Below are positions 48,899 through 58,477 of a DNA stretch of 64,000 nucleotides, piece after piece (position 1 is the stretch's first letter; each line of letters starts with the position of its first letter). This DNA comes from Candidatus Poseidoniales archaeon (GTDB taxonomy: Archaea; Thermoplasmatota; Poseidoniia; Poseidoniales; Poseidoniaceae): NCBI GenBank assembly GCA_012959275.1, contig DUDM01000043.1, positions 2,910 to 66,909 on the forward strand, read 5' to 3'. Position numbers and translations under genes: made by a program. Under the pieces are notes generated by a model. It saw only the letters and a list, made by a program, of their open reading frames with translations. It had not been told where the DNA came from and ran no database searches.

Positions 48899-50614
48899 TC
48901 AACTAAATATTCCGGTCAAGTTTCCGTTTTCATCCATGTCCATATCAGCCGCAGCAGGGCGCTTTGGTAGTCCAGGCATGGTCATGATATCACCAAGAAC
49001 TGCTACTACGAATCCGGCACCGGCATTTAGTCTGAATTCTTTGATTGGTACTTCGAAGCCGCTTGGTGCTCCCAGTAAATGGGGGTCATGAGAGAATGAG
49101 TATTGGCTCTTAGCCATACAAATGGGGAGGTTTCCGTACCCCCACTTATTGATTTGAGTTAATTGGCGGTGGGCTTTGGAGTGGATATTGATTCCCGCTC
49201 CACCGTAAATATGAGTTACCACTTTGAGGGCTTTTTCTGCTAGTGGAGCATCTTTCTCAAAGAGAGGAGTGAATGGTCTGCCGGCTGCGATGTGCTCCTC
49301 GCTGGCTCCAATCACTGCCTTTGCTAATTCTAAGCCGCCAATCCCGCCGCGTGCATGGCCATCGAAGACGATTGCATCTTTGGCTCCTGATTCTAATGCT
49401 ACCAAACGCAAAACATCTATTTCGGCTTGAGTATCGCTGTGGAATTTGTTTATGCTAACAATAACTGGTACACCGAATTGCAACATGTTTCTAACATGGC
49501 GGTCGAGGTTGGTCTTGGCTCCTGCTTTTACGGCCTCCACATTTTCTTGGGACATCTCTTCTAAAGTTTGTCTGCGACCGCCAATATCTCCAAAGGCTCC
49601 ACCGTGTAACTTCATCGAACGAATAGTCACATTCATGACTACACAATCTGGGGCTCTACCACTTGTTGCTACCTTGATATGCATGAATTTCTCGGCTCCC
49701 ATGTCAGAACCAAATCCTGCTTCAGTGACTACGTAATCAGCGCATGATAACGCTAATCTATCGGCAATGATACTAGAGTTTCCGTGGGCAATATTTGCGA
49801 ATGGGCCGCCATGAATGAAGGCAGGGTCCTTTTCCAAAGTCTGAACCAAATTAGGTAGGAATGCTTGTCTTAGAAGTAGAGCCATTGAACCTGGTGCTTC
49901 CAATTGCTCGGCACGTACAGGGTTTCCTGCAGTATCTTGCCCTACTACGATGTCGCCTAGTCGATTTCTCAAGTCTTTGTAATCTGAAGCAAGTACGAGA
50001 ATAGCCATCACTTCACTTGCTGCTGTAATGTCGAAGCGGTCTTCCCGAACATAACCATTAGCAGCCCCACCTTTGCCAACTGTCACATTTCTTAGGGCTC
50101 GGTCATTGAGGTCGATAACGCGTGGCCAAGTCAACCTTAGAGGGTCTATTTGGAGGTCATTCCCATGTTTGATATGATTATCAAGCAAAGTCGATAATAA
50201 GTTGTGAGCGGATGTGACAGCGTGCAAATCACCTGTGAAATGAAGGTTGATTTCTTCCATCGGCAAAACTTGAGAGAATCCACCTCCGGCTGCCCCTCCC
50301 TTAATTCCGAATACTGGTCCCATACTTGGTTCACGAATTGCACAAACGGCCTTGGCACCATAGCGGTTGAGGGCTTGGGAAAGGCCGATGGTGGTGACTG
50401 TTTTACCTTCTCCAAATGGCGTTGGGTTAACAGATGTGACCAGTATCAAATTTCCTTGTGGCTTGCTGAGGCGGGCTTTTATTGCCGACCATTTGACCTT
50501 TGCAATGCCACTGCCAAAATGCATGATGTCTTCAATGGGTATAGATAACTTCCAAGCAATCTCCTCAATTGGCTCGATGGTTGCAGCTCTTGCGATATCT
50601 AGGTCACTGTCCAT
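48899..50614 (-). CDS. fhs: Formate--tetrahydrofolate ligase (formyltetrahydrofolate synthetase)
   Basis: 571 aa. DIEIA...I.LKPI/IE... N-terminus, P-loop region TPFGEGKTVTTIGLSQAL, and a length characteristic of FTHFS. Confidence 0.9.
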   Translation of the reverse strand: MDSDLDIARAATIEPIEEIAWKLSIPIEDIMHFGSGIAKVKWSAIKARLSKPQGNLILVTSVNPTPFGEGKTVTTIGLSQALNRYGAKAVCAIREPSMGPVFGIKGGAAGGGFSQVLPMEEINLHFTGDLHAVTSAHNLLSTLLDNHIKHGNDLQIDPLRLTWPRVIDLNDRALRNVTVGKGGAANGYVREDRFDITAASEVMAILVLASDYKDLRNRLGDIVVGQDTAGNPVRAEQLEAPGSMALLLRQAFLPNLVQTLEKDPAFIHGGPFANIAHGNSSIIADRLALSCADYVVTEAGFGSDMGAEKFMHIKVATSGRAPDCVVMNVTIRSMKLHGGAFGDIGGRRQTLEEMSQENVEAVKAGAKTNLDRHVRNMLQFGVPVIVSINKFHSDTQAEIDVLRLVALESGAKDAIVFDGHARGGIGGLELAKAVIGASEEHIAAGRPFTPLFEKDAPLAEKALKVVTHIYGGAGINIHSKAHRQLTQINKWGYGNLPICMAKSQYSFSHDPHLLGAPSGFEVPIKEFRLNAGAGFVVAVLGDIMTMPGLPKRPAAADMDMDENGNLTGIFS

Positions 50615-50676
50615 GTCTGTCGGGCTTTGCCTCGCCTCTTCAAGCGTTTCCCATTCTAAGGTCCTAAGGGCCTTGT

Positions 50677-52080
50677 TCAGTTCTCAGCATCTTCTGCCAT
50701 GCTGCCTAGATAAGAAGGCAGGTCAACCCCAGCCATCTTTGCAACATCATGTAGTGGTGGTAAGGTATTGATTAGGTTTGAGACGAAGTTGGATGTACTC
50801 GAGCCTTCACCTGCATTACCCCCTGAATCCCAGACGGTTATCTTGTCAATCTTCAAGTTGGAGATTGCTTCGACCTGACTGGCGACAATGCTCTCAATCT
50901 TCTCTACCATCAATAAGGTGGCTGCTGCTTTTGGATCTCCTCCGCTGGCTGCTACCAACTTCTCATATCCTGCTGCCTTGGCATTCAGGACCTCAGCAAT
51001 TCCTTCCGCTTCTGCTCTGCGCAGTGAAAGTATTGCATCTGCTTCTCCCTGTGCGACTCTGCGAGTTCGCTCTGCTTCTGCTTCTGCTGCTATTTCCACT
51101 TGAGTTTTGGCGATTTCTTCACGCACGATTTCCTCGGCCTTTAGGCGCTCTTGTTCGAGTTTATACTGGGCCTTTTGGATTTCAGTTTCAGCACCCCTAC
51201 GGGCAACTTCTGCCCTCTGCAATGCCTCTGCTTCTTTTTCCGCAAGGCCTGCGTTATAGCCAGCGATTTCTGCCTTTGATTTGTTTTCTCCATCAATTCC
51301 TATGGATTCTTGTTCTTGAACGTAAACACGTTGATTGACAAATGCTGCTTTCTTTCCTTTTTCTGCTTCTGCATGATTTTCAGCAACTGCAACCTCTTTC
51401 TCTCGGTCTGCTTCTGCTTGTCCTACAGCACCATCTCTTTCTGCTTCTGCAACATCTACCTTGGCCTTGTTGACCGCTTCTGATGCAGCCTTCTTTCCAA
51501 TGCTCTCGATATAATCTGCTTCATCGGTGATATCTGTTATGTTGACGTTGATGAGGAATAGTCCCACTTTGCTCAATTCGGGCTCAACATTGGTGCGAAT
51601 TAATTCCAGAAAAGACTCCCTGTCCTGATTGATTTGCTCGATTGTCAGGGTAGCAACGGTCAGTCTCAACTGTCCGAAGATGATTTCTTTTGCCATTTCT
51701 TCAATGTTGGCGGGTTGTAATCCGAGCAATCTCTCTGCAGCATTCTGCATGATGTGCTTGACGGTGCTAACTCCGATGGTAAAGGTACTTGGTACGTTGA
51801 TGCGGATATTTTGCTGGGAGAGAGCATTCTGTAGGTCGATGTTTATCGTCATCGGTTTGAGGTCTAAGAAGGCATAATCTTGGAATAATGGCCAAACGAA
51901 TTTTCCTCCTCCGTGGTGAGTTTGAGCGAATTCTCCTTCGCCGGTTTTTCCATATATAACCAGAATCTTATCTGATGGGCAGCGCTTAAATCTCGATGCA
52001 TAAAGCACAACCGACATAAATAATAAGCCAATAAAGGCTAATATTGCAATCGTCATTATTCCTGTTCCGTCATCTGCCAT
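50677..52080 (-). CDS. Flotillin-like SPFH/band-7 domain protein (YqiK/FloA type)
   Basis: N-terminal TM helix, SPFH domain, then a long Ala/Glu-rich coiled-coil flotillin region (EAEAERTRRVAQGEADAILSLRRAEAEG...). Confidence 0.85.
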   Translation of the reverse strand: MADDGTGIMTIAILAFIGLLFMSVVLYASRFKRCPSDKILVIYGKTGEGEFAQTHHGGGKFVWPLFQDYAFLDLKPMTINIDLQNALSQQNIRINVPSTFTIGVSTVKHIMQNAAERLLGLQPANIEEMAKEIIFGQLRLTVATLTIEQINQDRESFLELIRTNVEPELSKVGLFLINVNITDITDEADYIESIGKKAASEAVNKAKVDVAEAERDGAVGQAEADREKEVAVAENHAEAEKGKKAAFVNQRVYVQEQESIGIDGENKSKAEIAGYNAGLAEKEAEALQRAEVARRGAETEIQKAQYKLEQERLKAEEIVREEIAKTQVEIAAEAEAERTRRVAQGEADAILSLRRAEAEGIAEVLNAKAAGYEKLVAASGGDPKAAATLLMVEKIESIVASQVEAISNLKIDKITVWDSGGNAGEGSSTSNFVSNLINTLPPLHDVAKMAGVDLPSYLGSMAEDAEN

Positions 52081-52082
52081 TC

Positions 52083-52727
52083 TTATTCCTCCTCTATTTT
52101 ATTTGCGTCATATGGTATGACGACCATCCTACCAGCCACGATTTTCTCAACGGTGACGGTTGCTCCAGTCTTCAAGTATAGACTACTATCTGAAGCGATG
52201 GCATCTAGTGTCCTCAACGCTCCTTGAATTGTTACCTGTATCTGTCCCACTGCTCCGGGCTTGATTCGCATGTAGACAGTGCCATCCTGTCCAACTGCAT
52301 TTTGAATATCCATATTGCCACTGCTTTGAACATTGTGGAATGCTTGGAACATTTTACCCATCGACCACATCGAAGCACCACCTGCTACTGTTCCTGCAAA
52401 TAATGCCATCATATCTCCTTGGTCGGAGCGGGAAAGGGCAAGTCCAACTAATCCAAACATCAGAATAAAGGCAATAATTCCCTGAAAAGTGAAGGCTTTG
52501 AATGAAAGGTCAGCACCCATGTCAACGTCAAGCCCGACGCCATCAAGAATGCCTCCGGCCAAGCCTCCCACCATCAGTAGGAAGAACCAGGCGATGAACA
52601 GAATACCACCTATCAGGGCAGCAGAGGCGAATAATAGGTCAAGACCGGTTACGTCACCAAGTCCTACCATCTCAAACAGATTAACCATCATTTCCCCCCT
52701 GTGCTCAGACCTTCTTCGCCTTGCCAC
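52083..52727 (-). CDS. NfeD-like membrane protein (YqiJ/YuaF type), partner of flotillin
   Basis: Immediately upstream of flotillin on the same strand with a 2-nt gap. N-terminal TM helices and a C-terminal OB-fold-like beta domain (VYMRIKPGAVGQIQVTIQGALRTLDAIASD). The true start may be the internal MMVNLFEM at about 52691. Confidence 0.7.
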   Translation of the reverse strand: MARRRRSEHRGEMMVNLFEMVGLGDVTGLDLLFASAALIGGILFIAWFFLLMVGGLAGGILDGVGLDVDMGADLSFKAFTFQGIIAFILMFGLVGLALSRSDQGDMMALFAGTVAGGASMWSMGKMFQAFHNVQSSGNMDIQNAVGQDGTVYMRIKPGAVGQIQVTIQGALRTLDAIASDSSLYLKTGATVTVEKIVAGRMVVIPYDANKIEEE

Positions 52728-52986
52728 TGGTGGTGGAGGCTTTACTGCTTTCGCCCGTTGCCTTATGTGCCCAAGCTACGAATTTATTTTCTAAGGTGAT
52801 TAAAGGGCCTAAACTTCCACCCACAATGATGGCTACCCAAATCTTATGAATCCCCAGTGCAATCCCTCCGAAGATCATCAATAATGGTACTCCAACCCAT
52901 AGAATCCGCCTAATGAAAATCCAATATCCACCGATTAAATTTTCATGCGTTTCATCACCGATTAGGCGATTCAGGCTACTGCTCAT
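52705..52986 (-). CDS. Small hypothetical membrane protein (two predicted TM helices), same operon as nfeD/flotillin
   Basis: 93 aa with two hydrophobic helices and a lysine-rich C-terminus. Minus-strand operon position only; no recognisable family. Confidence 0.35.
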   Translation of the reverse strand: MSSSLNRLIGDETHENLIGGYWIFIRRILWVGVPLLMIFGGIALGIHKIWVAIIVGGSLGPLITLENKFVAWAHKATGESSKASTTSGKAKKV

Positions 52987-52995
52987 TAGGAACCC

Positions 52996-53334
52996 TCAGA
53001 ACAACCACTTTGAGACTGCGAAAGCGATTGCGAACCAGATTATCGTTATTGTAAAACCGGAACTATCACGGCCCTTGATTGGTTCATTGATTAATCCCCC
53101 GTCTGCACCGCGAACCACCGCGCTGCGCTCATGTTTATCGTAGCCTTGAAGTTCAGAAAGGGACTCATTTCGCTTTTCCTGAATCCAGAAATATCCGGCC
53201 AAAACAATCATTGCTGCACCACTTGAACCGAATAATGTAGTCATCGGTCCTTCGAGTTCTTCCCACATTGACCACATCAGGAATATTTGTGATGCACCGA
53301 GCAACATCCACAGTAGAGAGCCGTTATTCTTCAT
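52996..53334 (-). CDS. Hypothetical membrane protein (start placed at internal MKNNGSLLWML...)
   Basis: Hydrophobic helices at both ends. The longer ORF-track version (to 53469) would overlap the divergent aroE-like gene, so a shorter start is preferred. No family recognised. Confidence 0.3.
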   Translation of the reverse strand: MKNNGSLLWMLLGASQIFLMWSMWEELEGPMTTLFGSSGAAMIVLAGYFWIQEKRNESLSELQGYDKHERSAVVRGADGGLINEPIKGRDSSGFTITIIWFAIAFAVSKWLF

Positions 53335-53424
53335 ATGCCTCGTGTACCGGAGAGTAGGGGTGCCATAAGAGGTTGATGCAGGACGATAGCGCAAACTTTG
53401 TACTATATCCATCGATGCCAATGC

Positions 53425-54423
53425 ATGGTCGCAGTTCGCTACGGTAGCGCCGGCGACCCAATCGCTCATTCTTTATCTCCAGTTTTGTCCCGCCTTGTAG
53501 TCTCCCATTTAGCGGGTGAAGGAGAGGGGAAACAGTCTGCAGATATTCAGATGAAACGAGTGATGATAATCCCTGCTCGTAAAGTTGAAGATGCACTTGC
53601 ATGGGCATATGTTGATGCCTTACCACATTCAGTAAATTGGTCATTAACCGACTTGCCACTCGAGAAATTCGCTTCTTACCATCGTCTAGAGAAGGCGGTT
53701 GCTGCAGCAACAAATGCGGTGAAGGATTGCCCTCCTTCATTATTACAAAAAGGTGATTTTCCACATCTACCGATTGGCCCAGATAGAATCCCGGGTTCAC
53801 ATGAAGAAGTGTGGTTATCTTTGACTAGTCCATTAAAACATCAACTTGGCGCAGCATCATTGCGCTATGTGGATGAATCAAAGGGTATTGAAAGCATCAA
53901 TTGTTTACGTTGGAATAACCGAGAGTGGTGGGCTGCATCAACCGATGGTCCAGGAATGGTTTTTGTTGCTGAATATCTTGGAATCGGGATGGATGATTCT
54001 CCCGTTCTTGATATGCGTGGAGGCGGTGGTGCTGCTCGTTCTACTGCTTGGGCTTGGTCATGCGAAGGTGGAAAATTGCGTTGGTTGGGTGGGCGGCGAG
54101 AATTGCGGGAAGATGGCCCATGGGAAGCCGCGATTGTTGATTCAAAAACACCTGCCCAACTTACTGTGGATTTCGAAGGTAATGACCATGACGAAGTCGA
54201 GGGTTTCTTCATGAATGCAGCCTACAAACCCATGATAGGTGATTATTTAGAGAGAATAGAGATTCTTTCAGATGTCGATAAGGCAGTTGATGGACGTTGG
54301 TTATTAGCCGCTCAACATCTCATTTCATGGTCTACTCTTTGGCGACCCGATTTAGCCCTTCAACTGCCTGAACTTGGATTATTGCTCGCAAGACTTGCCC
54401 ATGTAGAAGCCAACATCCTGTGA
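53425..54423 (+). CDS. aroE: Shikimate dehydrogenase-like oxidoreductase (AroE family), divergent with a large insertion
   Basis: AGDPIAHSLSPVLS (cf. GNPIAHSKSP), TSPLKH (cf. TVPFK), ASTDGPGMV (cf. DNTDGVGLL), MRGGGGAARSTAWAW (Rossmann GAGGA), C-terminal GRWLLAAQHLISWSTLW (cf. GLGMLVAQAAHAFLLW). Confidence 0.6.
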   Translation: MVAVRYGSAGDPIAHSLSPVLSRLVVSHLAGEGEGKQSADIQMKRVMIIPARKVEDALAWAYVDALPHSVNWSLTDLPLEKFASYHRLEKAVAAATNAVKDCPPSLLQKGDFPHLPIGPDRIPGSHEEVWLSLTSPLKHQLGAASLRYVDESKGIESINCLRWNNREWWAASTDGPGMVFVAEYLGIGMDDSPVLDMRGGGGAARSTAWAWSCEGGKLRWLGGRRELREDGPWEAAIVDSKTPAQLTVDFEGNDHDEVEGFFMNAAYKPMIGDYLERIEILSDVDKAVDGRWLLAAQHLISWSTLWRPDLALQLPELGLLLARLAHVEANIL

Positions 54424-54470
54424 AGAGTGGATGCGTATCATTGAAGACCGTCAGGCGTGCAGAGTAATAC

Positions 54471-57212
54471 ATGCGCAAGCGCATTGGAGTTATTGCATGG
54501 CTACTTTTGTCGGCTTTTTTTGCTCCAGTATTCGCTGAAGAAAACAGTAACTTCAGTCAGGTATTTGATTCACAAACTTTCAATGCCGGAAAGTTAAATC
54601 TAAACATCAACAAAAGTGTTGGAATAAACGAAAAATGGCAGGGAATAATGACCTATCCGGCTGAAAATCAAAGCGGTCAAGCAGTAGATTTCAATATCAG
54701 CGGAGCGCCATTTCCAGTCCTAGTTTATTGGGTGGATGACGGTGAGGAATTGGATAATTATGAGTGGATTACAGAACTTGCAAATTCGGGATATGTAGTC
54801 ATCGTTGCACCAACTTGGGATAATATGGAGGAAGAAGAATTGCTTGCAGATATGGCGATATTGATTTCTCAGTTGGCGGAATACAATACCAATGGCAGCA
54901 CTTCCGTAAACAATCTCATCGGGGCTTTAGACTTAGAACACTGGGGTGTTGCAGGTCACGGTACGGGTGCTATGAGTGCAGCACTGGTCAATGCCTTATG
55001 GCAATCTCAAAATTCAACAGTTAATCTACCACCACCCAGAGCATTATTTGCTCTTGGGATCGATATTAGTGATTCACGAGTTCAAAACCTCGCAGGTGGC
55101 ACACCTGCAGAACCTTCGATGGCTCTCTTCCTTACAGGAACAGCAGATGATTTAGCACCAGCCGCAGACAACCTCGACAAGGTCATCGAGAATTGGAATG
55201 GCGGTTGGCATCGAATGTCCCCGCATGGGGCGAATCATTTGCAATATGAAGATGAGAACGATTGGTGGGAGTTTGGAGATGGCTCAGGAGATATGGACAA
55301 AGAAGAACAACAGACTCATGCGATGGACCATATCCAACCTTATCTTGACCTTATCTTGAAGGGCGACCACACAAAGTGGGAAAATGCCAGCAATCGAGAT
55401 ATCGACCCTCAAACGATTTCAGATTCCGATGCTTATGTCGATGAAAACCTCAATAATTCTCGATTGCTGAAGATTACCGGTACAACTTCTCCGGATGAAG
55501 AATTACAACTTGGTCAATCCGCTAATTTGAGCATCAATCTCTCGCACCGCGATGGCTCAATCTTGGGTGCATCCTCCTCTTCTGCTTGGTGCCGCCATTG
55601 GAACGGCTCTCTAATTGCAGGTGGATTTGATGATGGAAACGACTCTGCTCACTGTACAATCGAAGGGGATATGTTAGTCCCAGGAGGACAAGTCATCACA
55701 TTATTCGCAGAATGGCATGGTATGATGGCATCGTATGATTTCACCCTAACCCGCGGGAATACTCCTTTGCAAGAAGTTCTCCCAACTCCACAAGTTTCCT
55801 TTGACCAGCACACCTCAATAACTCTGCAACCCAGCCTATTTGCTACAGACCCAGACGGCCAAGACATCATTTTCATGCAAGCCAACCTCAGTGGTAATGG
55901 CAGCGAAAACATTTCAATTTACAATAATGGAAGTGAAATCACCTTGACCCATGTTGGAGAGCCAGAATGGCAGGGTAGTTTGGCCCTAGATATTTGGTTA
56001 AGTGAAGTCTCATCAAATCCAGACTCCCTCAATCTCAGTACAGTAGTAACCTTGCTACCTGTAGATGATGCGGTAATCCAGTTGGCAGATATTCCCCAGC
56101 AATCTTTCGAGGAAGATAGCGATGGGTTGCAACTTAATCTTTCACAATGGTTTGAGGACCCTGAAGGTCAAGACCTTGTGGTTGTTGGAAGTAGTAATGA
56201 TGCTAACATCAGCCTCGACTGGCAAGACAACTTACTACACATTGATGCAGCAGAAAACTGGTCTGGTGCTGCCATTCTCAATATCAGTGTGAGCGACGGC
56301 GCTACAGCAGCCATTTGGGAGGCCTTCCCACTGAGAGTAAACTCCCTCCCTGACCCGCCTGTCTTCATTTTGACTAATTTTAGTTTTGAAGAAGATTCCA
56401 GTATTCAAATTCCACTTTCAAGCATTGCATATGATTCCGATAGTGGCAACCTGCAATATTCACTCTCTGATGAAGAATGTTCAGAACCACCTTTGACTGT
56501 AGCAATCAGCGGGGATTTCCTCGTCTTGAGTAGTCGCGCAAATTGGTTCGGAATAGAGGATTGTTGGCAAATCTCCGTAAATGATGGAAGTACCAATATC
56601 ACTTCTTCATTCACTGTTAATGTCTCTTCTGTTGATGATGCACCTTCCGTAGCATGGCATTCTCCCGAAGTCCGAGAAGATGGAAACATCAGTCTTGGTT
56701 TCACATTCTTCGATGATGATCAACCGATTACACACCAAGTCAGAATTGCATGGAGAGAAGGTGATTGGGTTGATATCAACGGTGCTGCATGCTTGGAATG
56801 GAGTGATGGCGCATTGGCTTGCACACTTCTACTCGAACCACTTTTCTTTAGCCTTGGAGAGCATTCAATTTGGGCAGAAATAGAATCACAAGGTGCAAGT
56901 ACCGGAGTTCAAAAATTAAGTTATTCAATTTCTGAAGGTGAAGAACAAGCCAATGCTGCCGAAGTCGAGGAGGTAGTATCAATGTTTGATGATATTAAAT
57001 TAAGAATAGCCGCTGGAGCAATTTTTGTATTACTCATTGTGGCCTTCCTCGGCAATATGCGTAAGTCAACCACCACCACCGTAGTCGAACAAACGATAAT
57101 CGGGCATCAACAACCCAAGGCAGTAATAGAAATCGTTGAGGATGTGATAGAAGTCTTCGAGGATGAAAAACCAGCAACTGGGCTACTTGACCTTGCCAAT
57201 CGGAGAAAGTGA
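54471..57212 (+). CDS. Large surface protein (913 aa): signal peptide, degenerate alpha/beta-hydrolase-like (PAF-AH/chlorophyllase-like) domain lacking the Ser nucleophile, cadherin-like repeats, C-terminal TM anchor
   Basis: Signal peptide MRKRIGVIAWLLLSAFFAPVFA. FPVLVYWV...SGYVVIVAPTW...GVAGHGTGAMSA aligns to FPLVVFSHG...GFIVAA...GHSFGGA, with Gly in place of the nucleophilic Ser. Repeats with VDDAPS / VDDAV. C-terminal helix IAAGAIFVLLIVAFLG followed by NMRK. Confidence 0.7.
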   Translation: MRKRIGVIAWLLLSAFFAPVFAEENSNFSQVFDSQTFNAGKLNLNINKSVGINEKWQGIMTYPAENQSGQAVDFNISGAPFPVLVYWVDDGEELDNYEWITELANSGYVVIVAPTWDNMEEEELLADMAILISQLAEYNTNGSTSVNNLIGALDLEHWGVAGHGTGAMSAALVNALWQSQNSTVNLPPPRALFALGIDISDSRVQNLAGGTPAEPSMALFLTGTADDLAPAADNLDKVIENWNGGWHRMSPHGANHLQYEDENDWWEFGDGSGDMDKEEQQTHAMDHIQPYLDLILKGDHTKWENASNRDIDPQTISDSDAYVDENLNNSRLLKITGTTSPDEELQLGQSANLSINLSHRDGSILGASSSSAWCRHWNGSLIAGGFDDGNDSAHCTIEGDMLVPGGQVITLFAEWHGMMASYDFTLTRGNTPLQEVLPTPQVSFDQHTSITLQPSLFATDPDGQDIIFMQANLSGNGSENISIYNNGSEITLTHVGEPEWQGSLALDIWLSEVSSNPDSLNLSTVVTLLPVDDAVIQLADIPQQSFEEDSDGLQLNLSQWFEDPEGQDLVVVGSSNDANISLDWQDNLLHIDAAENWSGAAILNISVSDGATAAIWEAFPLRVNSLPDPPVFILTNFSFEEDSSIQIPLSSIAYDSDSGNLQYSLSDEECSEPPLTVAISGDFLVLSSRANWFGIEDCWQISVNDGSTNITSSFTVNVSSVDDAPSVAWHSPEVREDGNISLGFTFFDDDQPITHQVRIAWREGDWVDINGAACLEWSDGALACTLLLEPLFFSLGEHSIWAEIESQGASTGVQKLSYSISEGEEQANAAEVEEVVSMFDDIKLRIAAGAIFVLLIVAFLGNMRKSTTTTVVEQTIIGHQQPKAVIEIVEDVIEVFEDEKPATGLLDLANRRK

Positions 57213-57213
57213 T

Positions 57214-58149
57214 TCACTCGACAGGCGGGGGAGTATATTCCTTGACGATAACCTTCCAAGTATAGGAACGGCTGTTGTGCCAAGGGTCGCCATCTTCCTC
57301 AAAAGTCACTTCAATTGTATGCACACCAATACCAAGTCCTTCTGTACTCAAGCGAATAGCAGTTCCAACATCTTCAGTATGAGGAAGCATTGTTGGCCAA
57401 GATAAATTGGCATCATTATCCTTCATTGACCCTCCCCATTCACTCAAATTAGCAAAATGAGATGAATTAGTACTCAAATTATGAACGCTCCCGTCAAACA
57501 ATGTTATTGTTCCAGAAACCGTTGCCTTCGATGTATCCATGTTATCTCTCAATCCGAATAAAAGCCAAACATCTCCGTTCAAGGATGATTGACCCTCAGG
57601 AAGATGAAATTCCATCTCATCGCCGCCGTCGAGGTCATCGTGAGTCATAACCAAGTCTTCTCCATCAACAACCACAACTGTCCATGCCGCAGCAGCCTCA
57701 GGAGCCCCAATATCCCCAAAAGGTGGATTTGACAAGAGGAAAGTAATCGCCAACCAACCGAAAACAAGTAGGAAAGATGCCTTGAACCAGGTCCCCTTTC
57801 CATAGTGCTCAAGCAACTCTTCTGACATTACGAGGCGGTGAAGGGAAGGAATAAGGAAAACTAAAGACATTGGAAGTACCCAAAGCAAGTCGCCATCTGA
57901 ATCTTCGAATGCAGGCATGACAGCATAGCGCATCATTAAGCCGACGACGATAGCAAAAAGGATAACCAGCCACATCGAGAGCATATCTGCACGTTCTTTG
58001 GAAACGTGCTTAACAGGGTCAAAAGCCTCTATTCCGTGGTTCCTACCACTACGGCTTTTTTTATCCCCGTCCTTTTTCTTCTGGCGTTCAGCACGTTCAG
58101 CTCTAGCAGCGGCCATCGCAGTTCCAATGTCCACCATGCGCCACGCCAC
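57214..58149 (-). CDS. Hypothetical membrane protein with basic N-terminal tail and C-terminal extracytoplasmic beta-rich domain
   Basis: 311 aa. K/R-rich N-terminus (ERQKKKDGDKKSRSGRNHG), two to three TM helices, acidic Asn/Thr-rich C-terminal domain with N-x-S/T sequons. No recognised family. Confidence 0.45.
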   Translation of the reverse strand: MAWRMVDIGTAMAAARAERAERQKKKDGDKKSRSGRNHGIEAFDPVKHVSKERADMLSMWLVILFAIVVGLMMRYAVMPAFEDSDGDLLWVLPMSLVFLIPSLHRLVMSEELLEHYGKGTWFKASFLLVFGWLAITFLLSNPPFGDIGAPEAAAAWTVVVVDGEDLVMTHDDLDGGDEMEFHLPEGQSSLNGDVWLLFGLRDNMDTSKATVSGTITLFDGSVHNLSTNSSHFANLSEWGGSMKDNDANLSWPTMLPHTEDVGTAIRLSTEGLGIGVHTIEVTFEEDGDPWHNSRSYTWKVIVKEYTPPPVE

Positions 58150-58407
58150 CCGAGCCCCGCCTTTTTATTCTCCGACTCAAAAAGCAGCCACAATCATGCA
58201 GTTCTAACATAATATGCTGAGACCTGAGCATTGCGCAGCAACAAGAATGGGCAATGTTTGCTGAGCACCAAGAATCCCGTACATCAAGAAGCAAGATGGC
58301 TGCGCATGCGAAAGGCATTTTTTTACGACAAATAATCAAAAACATAGCGTCGTGAATAATGCCAGGAGGGGGGGGTGAGTGAATCGCTTTCGATTCACGA
58401 AGAACAT

Positions 58408-58477
58408 CAAAAAACAATATTCCGGCCTCTCGGCACTGAATCAACAATAAATCATCAAACATCGTTGATTCAGTGCC
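58408..58477 (-). terminator. Perfect 14-bp inverted repeat hairpin plus T6 tract immediately 3' of the tRNA(CAU) on its strand (putative terminator or processing element)
   Basis: GGCACTGAATCAAC-(18-nt loop)-GTTGATTCAGTGCC at 58432-58477. The right arm overlaps the last 4 nt of the tRNA. On the tRNA strand it is followed by TTTTTT (58408-58416 on +). A second hairpin GTGAATCG-cttt-CGATTCAC (58379-58398) and a G8/C8 homopolymer (58368-58375) follow. Confidence 0.4.

Noticed and set aside
53324-54214. ORFs 53324-53800 (-), 53846-54214 (+) and 53865-54212 (-) overlapping the aroE-like gene
   Set aside because: Embedded in or antisense to a frame carrying clear AroE signature blocks. No features of their own.
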